This document shows positions 57,904-64,000 of a DNA stretch of 64,000 bases, in pieces (position 1 is the stretch's first letter; each line of letters opens with the position of its first letter). The notes under the pieces were generated by a model, which worked only from the letters and a program-made list of their open reading frames with translations, was not told where the DNA came from and ran no database searches. Source of the DNA: Candidatus Levyibacteriota bacterium. Its GTDB lineage: Bacteria; Patescibacteriota; Microgenomatia; Levybacterales; UBA12049. The translations under genes were made by a program, and so were the position numbers. The DNA lies in the NCBI GenBank assembly GCA_963716145.1, contig OY970292.1, positions 76,104 to 140,103 of the forward strand, written 5' to 3'.

Positions 57904-59205
57904 ATGAGTGATGGAAGAATAATTGTCGGCATAGATGTAGGAACTTACAAAATTGTTACGGTTATTGCCAAAGTCGTCGAAAACACAATAAATGTGTTAG
58001 GCGCTTCAGAAGTTAAATCCCTGGGTATCCGCAAAGGACAAGTTGTGGATATAGAGGAAGCGGTTGGTGCTATTAATACTTCTCTTGAAGCAGCAGAGAG
58101 AATGGCCGGTTATTCAGCCTCACGTGTCCTTGTCTCCTTGGGTGGATCGCAAATTGAGTGCCAGAACTCTAGAGGAGTTGTGGCTGTTTCAACCCCAGAG
58201 GGTGAGATAAGCGCATCAGATCTCGGACGGGTGATTGACGCGGCAAAAGCAGTTTCTATGCCTTCAACCCGTGAAATAATTCATGTGCTTCCTCGCAGCT
58301 TTATAGTTGATGGACAAGAGGGGATCAAAGATCCTATCGGAATGAGCGGAACAAGACTTGAAGTAGATACTCATATCGTCACCGCAAACAGCGTTTCTAT
58401 CAGAAATCTTGAAAAAGCATTTTCAGAAGTTGGGGTGGATATTGATAGTTTTGCTTTTTCAGGCTATGCAAGTTCTCTGGCTGTACTTTCAGACACTGAG
58501 AGGGAGCTGGGAGTTATTTTGGTTGATATAGGAGCCGGTACTACTGATATCTCAATTTATGTTGAGGGAGCAGTTGCCTATTCATCCGTTCTGGCAATTG
58601 GCGCGCGTCATGTAACCAATGATTTGGCTATTGGGTTAAGATTATCAATCGAAAGCGCAGAAAAGATCAAATTGTTCCTTTCTCAAGATCCTTCAAGGCG
58701 TGTATTGAAAGCAGTGGATGAAGAAGGTGAGGAAAAAGAAAAAGAGGGGCGCCCAAGTGATGAAATAGATCTCAGTTCTTTGAATTTGTCAGAAGATATA
58801 AAGAAGGTATCCCAAAAAACATTGGTTGACGGGATAATCAAGCCACGTCTTAACGAGATTTGCGCCATGATTGGTCTTGAAATTAAAAAAAGCGGATTTG
58901 GCGGACAGACTCCGGCCGGAATTGTGCTCACGGGGGGAGGAGCGTTAACTGTAGGGATAAAAGAAGCAGCAAGACGAACTCTTGCGATGCCTGTGCGAAT
59001 TGGGCTTCCGACAAATATCAAAGGAATTACTGATGAAGTCCAGCATCCTGCTTTTTCAACAGCCATCGGGCTTATTGAATACGGTATGAAGAATACATCT
59101 ACGAGAGCAACATCATTCAAATTTTCAATGCCGGGTAACTTGGGCTTCGGAGCATCCAAAATGCTGAAGAAGGTTGTAAATCTGATCAAATCATTTATCC
59201 CCTAA
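57904..59205 (+). CDS. ftsA: Cell division protein FtsA
   Basis: GIDVGT.K, GIRKG.V.D, VDIGAGTT, VLTGGG, C-terminal amphipathic helix. Confidence 0.95.
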   Translation: MSDGRIIVGIDVGTYKIVTVIAKVVENTINVLGASEVKSLGIRKGQVVDIEEAVGAINTSLEAAERMAGYSASRVLVSLGGSQIECQNSRGVVAVSTPEGEISASDLGRVIDAAKAVSMPSTREIIHVLPRSFIVDGQEGIKDPIGMSGTRLEVDTHIVTANSVSIRNLEKAFSEVGVDIDSFAFSGYASSLAVLSDTERELGVILVDIGAGTTDISIYVEGAVAYSSVLAIGARHVTNDLAIGLRLSIESAEKIKLFLSQDPSRRVLKAVDEEGEEKEKEGRPSDEIDLSSLNLSEDIKKVSQKTLVDGIIKPRLNEICAMIGLEIKKSGFGGQTPAGIVLTGGGALTVGIKEAARRTLAMPVRIGLPTNIKGITDEVQHPAFSTAIGLIEYGMKNTSTRATSFKFSMPGNLGFGASKMLKKVVNLIKSFIP

Positions 59206-59212
59206 TTTTCCT

Positions 59213-60133
59213 CTATTTTAAATAAAACGCAGCAATAAGAGGTATATAGAATAATGCGAAAATAATGCTGAGAAGAACTGCCATGGCAACTTTTTCCGGG
59301 TGGGATTTCAGTATTGTTGCGTAAGAGACCATATTTGCGGCTAGAGGGACTATGCTCATCAGAATTATTACTTTATAAAGTGATGAATCAAAAATTTTGA
59401 TTGTGGATGCATCAAGAAACAGTATTGCAATAGCTACAAGAGGCCAGAGTATAAATTTGGCCAGAAAAGAAACCACTATAAATTTAAAATCAATTTTATA
59501 ATCTCTAACATCAGACAATCCCATGCCAACAAGCATCATCCCTAGAATAGTGTATGCACCGGTGAAATTATTGGCTGCGTCAAAATAAAATTTTCCCAAG
59601 TGAATTGCCAAGAGATTAACAATTACACCCAGAACAAAAGCATGAAGAATTGGAAGCCTCAGCACTTTAATCAAACTTTCTTTAGCAGTGTGATTTCCTT
59701 TGGCACCGATGTAGTATCCTACAGATGTTGCATATAAATTAGTGGCAAGAATTACTCCTGCCACCGGTCCGATTATATTATTTCCAAAAAGAGCTATCGC
59801 AACAGGAAGACCGAAGTATCCGGTATTTCCTGTTCCGGTTAGGAAGGAGAGCATATTGCGGGTTGAATCTTTATAGAAAAAATCTGCAATAATATAAGCA
59901 AGAATAGATATTATTAGGCAAAGCAGAAAAAACAATACCGGAAGTGAGATTGTAGTGATATTGATTTTGGTATTTACTACTCCTGTAAAAACAACGACAG
60001 GAACGATAATATCAATAAGAAGAGTTGCGATTGACTCCTTATCAATTTTTAGAAATCTCCCCCCCACATAGCCTAAAAGAACGAATACATAGAGGGGAAT
60101 TAGTTTTAGCAAGAGCGTAAAAAAGATTTCCAT
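59213..60133 (-). CDS. AEC (auxin efflux carrier/Mem_trans) family transporter
   Basis: GNTGYFGLP, multiple TM segments, P.AAN motif. Confidence 0.85.
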   Translation of the reverse strand: MEIFFTLLLKLIPLYVFVLLGYVGGRFLKIDKESIATLLIDIIVPVVVFTGVVNTKINITTISLPVLFFLLCLIISILAYIIADFFYKDSTRNMLSFLTGTGNTGYFGLPVAIALFGNNIIGPVAGVILATNLYATSVGYYIGAKGNHTAKESLIKVLRLPILHAFVLGVIVNLLAIHLGKFYFDAANNFTGAYTILGMMLVGMGLSDVRDYKIDFKFIVVSFLAKFILWPLVAIAILFLDASTIKIFDSSLYKVIILMSIVPLAANMVSYATILKSHPEKVAMAVLLSIIFALFYIPLIAAFYLK

Positions 60134-60172
60134 TAGTTATTTGATTATATCATTTAACCCAATTTTCCCGTA

Positions 60173-60201
60173 TTGCATTTATTTTTTACATCTGGTAGGA
60201 T
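60173..60201 (+). promoter_or_regulatory. Putative ftsZ promoter TTGCAT-N17-TAGGAT with TG extension
   Basis: Direct motif match in the AEC/ftsZ divergent gap. Confidence 0.5.
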
Positions 60202-60223
60202 TTGGGAAAGTACTACACTATAT

Positions 60224-61372
60224 ATGCTAATAAGACCTCAATCAACCAATTTTGCCAAAATAAGAGTTGTCGGCGTGGGCGGTGCAGGATGCAACGCAAT
60301 CGGCTCGATGATTGAGCATGGAGGCATCACAGGTGTTGATTTCGTAGCCATCAATACAGACGCGCAGGCTTTACTTCTTAACAAAGCAGATACAAAAGTT
60401 CAGATCGGCGAGAATATCACCAAAGGCTTGGGATCAGGTGGAGATCCTGAGAATGGCAGATTGGCAGCTGAGGAATCGGAAGAAAAGATCAAGCACATGC
60501 TTGAGGGTTCTGACATGGTTTTCCTGACAGCCGGTATGGGTGGAGGCACAGGAACAGGCGCAACTCCGATTGTCGCCAAAATCGCAAAAGACTTGGGTGC
60601 TCTTACAGTAGTGGTAGTCACCAAACCATTTCTTTTTGAAGGCACAAGACGGATGGTGACAGCTGAGGAAGGCCTTGAGAATCTCAAAGATAAGGCAGAT
60701 ACTCTTATAGTTATCCCAAACCAGCGGATTCTTGATGTTGTGGATCGCAAGCTATCACTTCTTGACGCATTCAAAGTAGCTGATTCAGTCCTGACACAAG
60801 GCGTTCAGGGAATTTCTGAGATCATCACCTTGCCAGGTCTTATCAATGTTGATTTTGCGGATGTCAGAACTATCATGTCTGACGCCGGATCATCCCTTAT
60901 GGGTATAGGCTCAGGAGTTGGTGAAAATAGGGCTCAGACAGCAGCAAGAGCGGCAATTTCAAGTCCCCTACTTGAGATCTCAATGGACGGAGCACGCGGC
61001 GTATTGTTTAACATAGTCGGTGGGCAGGATCTGACGATGACTGAGGTTGATGAAGCAGCCAAGATCATCTCCAATGCAGCTGATCCTGATGCCAATATCA
61101 TCTTCGGAGCGACTATTGATGAGGCTATGCATGATCAGATCAGGATCACAGTCGTGGCGACAGGCTTTGATCAGGCCAAACAACGCTTGCAGCAATTTGT
61201 AGTCCAACAGCCTGAACCTGAGGTGGTACAGTCCAACGTAGTTGCAGCCGGAAATCAGCCGGATGGTTCAGAGTCAACTGAGCAGCAGACTGTTGATCAG
61301 CAGCAAGCCAAAAAAGACGAAAACCCCGAAGACGACTGGGACATCCCCGCATTTCTACGGCAGAGGAACTGA
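60224..61372 (+). CDS. ftsZ: Cell division protein FtsZ
   Basis: [24 protein letters not shown]-terminal DIPAFLR. ATG 60224 taken as start. Confidence 0.97.
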   Translation: MLIRPQSTNFAKIRVVGVGGAGCNAIGSMIEHGGITGVDFVAINTDAQALLLNKADTKVQIGENITKGLGSGGDPENGRLAAEESEEKIKHMLEGSDMVFLTAGMGGGTGTGATPIVAKIAKDLGALTVVVVTKPFLFEGTRRMVTAEEGLENLKDKADTLIVIPNQRILDVVDRKLSLLDAFKVADSVLTQGVQGISEIITLPGLINVDFADVRTIMSDAGSSLMGIGSGVGENRAQTAARAAISSPLLEISMDGARGVLFNIVGGQDLTMTEVDEAAKIISNAADPDANIIFGATIDEAMHDQIRITVVATGFDQAKQRLQQFVVQQPEPEVVQSNVVAAGNQPDGSESTEQQTVDQQQAKKDENPEDDWDIPAFLRQRN

Positions 61373-61430
61373 TCTCTTCTTTAATATAGCAAATATTACA
61401 TGAATTCATTAATAAATACTGTTCACTGAT

Positions 61431-61685
61431 TTATTTTTCTCTTTTTCCCCATTGCCATTTTGGTTTTTCGCCTGTTCTGTAGGCGATGTAAATAAATACA
61501 GCGGTTAATAAAATCATCGGGATAAAATATGAATACATTGTATTTTGAGATGATGGGTTATCATCAATGCCAAAGGCAAGAAATATCACGAGTACGCTGT
61601 ATATAAATGTTACCAGCCATCCTTGCCAAGTAGATGGAGTCCATCCCCATCCATAAATTTTTCTCTTAAACCATATGCTTTTCAT
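61431..61685 (-). CDS. Small 2-TM hypothetical protein (WFKRK.YGWGW.P..WQGW type)
   Basis: Trp/Gly-rich motif and two TM segments; ATGA overlap with tag. Confidence 0.75.
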   Translation of the reverse strand: MKSIWFKRKIYGWGWTPSTWQGWLVTFIYSVLVIFLAFGIDDNPSSQNTMYSYFIPMILLTAVFIYIAYRTGEKPKWQWGKREK

Positions 61686-62257
61686 AGTTCCATTGTATCA
61701 GAATAACGGAAGCAGGTTATTTGGTGGTCGTTGGTGAGGCCAGTTGCCTGCATGAGTGCGTAGCAGATAGTGGAGCCAACGAATTTGAATCCACGTTTCT
61801 TTAATTCTTTACTCATTCTGTCTGAGATTTCAGTTGTCGCGGGGATTTGGTTTATATTTTTCCATTTATTTTTAATGGGTTTATTTCCGACAAAACTCCA
61901 GATAAATTTATCAAAGCTCCCGAATTCTTTTTGGATTTCCAGAAAAGCTATTGCATTACTGACAGCTGAGTTTACTTTGAGTCGATTTCTGATTATTCCC
62001 GGATCATTTAGAAGTTTAGCGATTTTAGCTAATTTGTAGTTAGCAACAGTTTGAGGATCAAAGCCGTCAAAGGCTTTTCTGTAGCTCTCACGTTTGTTCA
62101 GAATGGTAGACCAGTTCAAGCCAGCCTGAGCTCCCTCCAGAATAAGAAATTCAAAAAGTTTGACGTCGTTGTGCTCCGGTACTCCCCATTCTTTATCATG
62201 ATATTCAATCATCAGAGGACTATCCCCGCCCCAAGCACAACGTTTTGACGCGTTCAT
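61682..62257 (-). CDS. tag: DNA-3-methyladenine glycosylase I
   Basis: RCAW, YHDKEWG, LEGAQAGL.W, IIRNRLK, FKFVG, NDH...C. Confidence 0.95.
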   Translation of the reverse strand: MNASKRCAWGGDSPLMIEYHDKEWGVPEHNDVKLFEFLILEGAQAGLNWSTILNKRESYRKAFDGFDPQTVANYKLAKIAKLLNDPGIIRNRLKVNSAVSNAIAFLEIQKEFGSFDKFIWSFVGNKPIKNKWKNINQIPATTEISDRMSKELKKRGFKFVGSTICYALMQATGLTNDHQITCFRYSDTMEL

Positions 62258-62263
62258 TGTTCA

Positions 62264-62302
62264 ATTATAACAGCTTGCGCAGTCGATTCTGCGTGGTACA
62301 AT
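62264..62302. promoter_or_regulatory. Back-to-back extended -10 boxes: TGtTATAAT (-, 62272-62264) and TGgTACAAT (+, 62294-62302), each 6 nt from its ATG
   Basis: Direct motif matches in a 51-bp divergent gap. Confidence 0.7.
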
Positions 62303-62308
62303 ATTTAT

Positions 62309-62869
62309 ATGAAACGATTGGCTGTAATTCTGATATTTATCGCATTCTTAATATTTCCCAAGCAGATATTTGCCCATTCTGAAAAAGTGCAGGAGGTCGG
62401 GCATTATAAAGTCGATATTTCACACTCTCCATTGTCTCCATTTGTTGGGGAGAAAGTGACAGTGTCATTCTATATTGAAGATGAAAATGGATCGCCTGCC
62501 GCAGATTTAAAAGGTACGATACTCATCAAAGAAACAAATGTTAATAAATATGTTGGCCAGGACTCTAAGATAGAAAACAAAGTATTACATAAAGAAAATG
62601 CAACAACTGACACAAGCGGCAGTGTCGCGGTAGAATATGAATTTAAAAAAGAAGGTTTATACGATTTTGAATTTGTGTGGGGAAAAGATGCTGAGCGGGA
62701 AAGCGCTGGTGTCGAAATTCAGGCAAGGGAACCAACATCGTTTTTTCTTCCGCAAGAAATTAAAAAAAGGATTTGGTTTTTTGTGGGAATTGCAATTGTC
62801 GGTATAGTGATCGGAGCAATTGGTACTTTTGTTTTATTAGCTACAACTCTACATCCCAAGGGAGATTAA
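62309..62869 (+). CDS. Exported protein with signal peptide, beta-rich domain and C-terminal TM anchor
   Basis: Signal peptide ending IFA-H; C-terminal hydrophobic helix. Confidence 0.7.
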   Translation: MKRLAVILIFIAFLIFPKQIFAHSEKVQEVGHYKVDISHSPLSPFVGEKVTVSFYIEDENGSPAADLKGTILIKETNVNKYVGQDSKIENKVLHKENATTDTSGSVAVEYEFKKEGLYDFEFVWGKDAERESAGVEIQAREPTSFFLPQEIKKRIWFFVGIAIVGIVIGAIGTFVLLATTLHPKGD

Positions 62870-62876
62870 GGTAAAG

Positions 62877-62905
62877 TTGACGTTGGTATTTTTGTTTGCT
62901 AAAAT
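62877..62905 (+). promoter_or_regulatory. Promoter TTGACG-N17-TAAAAT with TG extension, 6 nt before ATG 62912
   Basis: Direct motif match. Confidence 0.75.
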
Positions 62906-62911
62906 CCCACC

Positions 62912-63541
62912 ATGGCTGTAGAAGATTTTAAGAGTAGACCGGATCCTGAAGAGCCAGAAGCTGGCAGAAATGGGTCAGAGAAAACACCGATTTCTCCATC
63001 AGTAGTCGGACTTTACATCAGTTTCGGAAAAGATATGCCAATGGTGCGAAGGGAGCATGTTGCTGCTTTTGCACGAATAGGTCTTGAGGATGACCGTTAT
63101 GCTGTTGGGATTGAAAATGGTACATACTCAAATCACAGAATTCCTGAACCATGGCGCAATATTACAATTATTTCCCAAGAAGGAATAGCAGAAGCAAATG
63201 CAGAGCTCATAGCTCAAGGCGGAAAATCCTTTGAAGACTCTGAAGCCCGGAGAAATGTGGTGGTAGCAGGGATTACCCCTGAACAGTTAAACGCTTTGGC
63301 AGAAGGGAATCAGAGTATTTGGCTCGGCCCCGTAGAAATACAAGTAATGAAACTAGCTCCTCCATGTAATGTTCCAACTAAGCAGTATGAAAAGCCCGGC
63401 TTTGGATCCGTTTTTGAGGGTAGAGGAGGAGTAAGGGGAATGATAGTAAATTCAGGTACAATAATTGAGGGTGATGATGTGAGGCTTAGGCCTCCAATAT
63501 CAAAGCCAAAATTGATACAGTACCCTTTTGGTAATGAATAG
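62912..63541 (+). CDS. MOSC-domain protein
   Basis: GLEDDRY, R.ITII, RRNVVV.G, PC, GRGG....V..G.I..GD. Confidence 0.8.
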   Translation: MAVEDFKSRPDPEEPEAGRNGSEKTPISPSVVGLYISFGKDMPMVRREHVAAFARIGLEDDRYAVGIENGTYSNHRIPEPWRNITIISQEGIAEANAELIAQGGKSFEDSEARRNVVVAGITPEQLNALAEGNQSIWLGPVEIQVMKLAPPCNVPTKQYEKPGFGSVFEGRGGVRGMIVNSGTIIEGDDVRLRPPISKPKLIQYPFGNE

Positions 63542-63559
63542 AAAATTTTGCGTAAAGAT

Positions 63560-64000
63560 TTATTCCGTGCCCTCAGTCCAGGAGGAGAGGTATTTTGACT
63601 GTTCAGAAGTTAATTTGTCTATCTCAATCCCCATTGATTTAAGTTTCAGCGACGCGACATGAACATCAAGATCATGAGGGAGTACATAAACTTTATTTTC
63701 CAGCTTTCCTTTGTGTTCAATAATCCACTCAGCTGCCAGAGCTTGATTGGCAAAACTCATATCCATGACTTCGGCTGGATGCCCTTCTGCTGCTGCCAAA
63801 TTTACAAGTCTTCCCTCCCCTGCCACGTAAATCTTTTTCCCGGACTTTAAAACATACTCATCAAGCTGGTGCCTTATACGTCTTTTGGATTTTTTGGCTC
63901 CTTCAAGGCCTTTCATGTCGATTTCTATGTCAAAATGGCCTGAGTTGGCGACAATCGCGCCATCTTTCATATTTAGCATATGCTCAAGCGAGATAACATG
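63560..64000 (-). CDS. ahcY: Adenosylhomocysteinase, C-terminal part (5' end outside window)
   Basis: [34 protein letters not shown]. Confidence 0.95.
   Translation of the reverse strand, partial: HVISLEHMLNMKDGAIVANSGHFDIEIDMKGLEGAKKSKRRIRHQLDEYVLKSGKKIYVAGEGRLVNLAAAEGHPAEVMDMSFANQALAAEWIIEHKGKLENKVYVLPHDLDVHVASLKLKSMGIEIDKLTSEQSKYLSSWTEGTE

Noticed and set aside
58683-59189. 168-aa minus-strand ORF and the many other short overlapping ORFs in the track
   Set aside because: They lie within well-supported genes and show no recognisable motifs.
61373-61430. Intrinsic terminator between convergent ftsZ and the small membrane gene
   Set aside because: No GC-rich stem with a U-tract was seen, so no terminator is called.
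1-64000. Alternative genetic code (TGA recoding, as in Gracilibacteria/Absconditabacteria)
   Set aside because: Conserved genes are full length under code 11 and TGA ends genes at expected positions (glyS, ftsZ).

Overview
AT-rich bacterial chromosomal window using the standard code (TGA is used as a stop). Gene content suggests Patescibacteria/CPR, probably Microgenomates; this is inference from the alpha2-type GlyRS beside recO, DUF4012, a minimal FtsQ and a large GT-C expansion. Positions 1-41.1 kb are a co-directional surface-glycosylation locus. It has about 13 multi-TM GT-C-type genes (ArnT/PMT-, YfhO-, PTPS-related, and a WaaL-like::GT-C fusion), 8 GT2s, 6 GT4s (one half-gene, one frameshifted), a Wzx flippase, an LbH acyltransferase, ManC, a priming phosphoglycosyltransferase and a DUF4012 protein. 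Next come recO, glyS and a dcw cluster (mraZ, rsmH, ftsL, ftsI, murE, pgeF, murC, murA, GlmU-N, mraY, ftsW, murG, ftsQ, ftsA, ftsZ) interrupted by opposite-strand genes. The window ends with tag, a MOSC protein and partial ahcY. Four signals stand out. (1) Dispersed 4-copy 7/8-mer micro-arrays sit in frame inside unrelated genes, supply stop codons, and appear once as a complete palindrome between mraZ and rsmH. (2) About 14 genes have a -10 box 6-8 nt before ATG, indicating pervasive leaderless mRNAs, alongside ATGA coupling. (3) One protein consists of three tandem OmpR-type winged-helix domains with no receiver domain. (4) The GT-C expansion and the ligase::GT-C fusion. No rRNA, tRNA, CRISPR or transposase was recognised.
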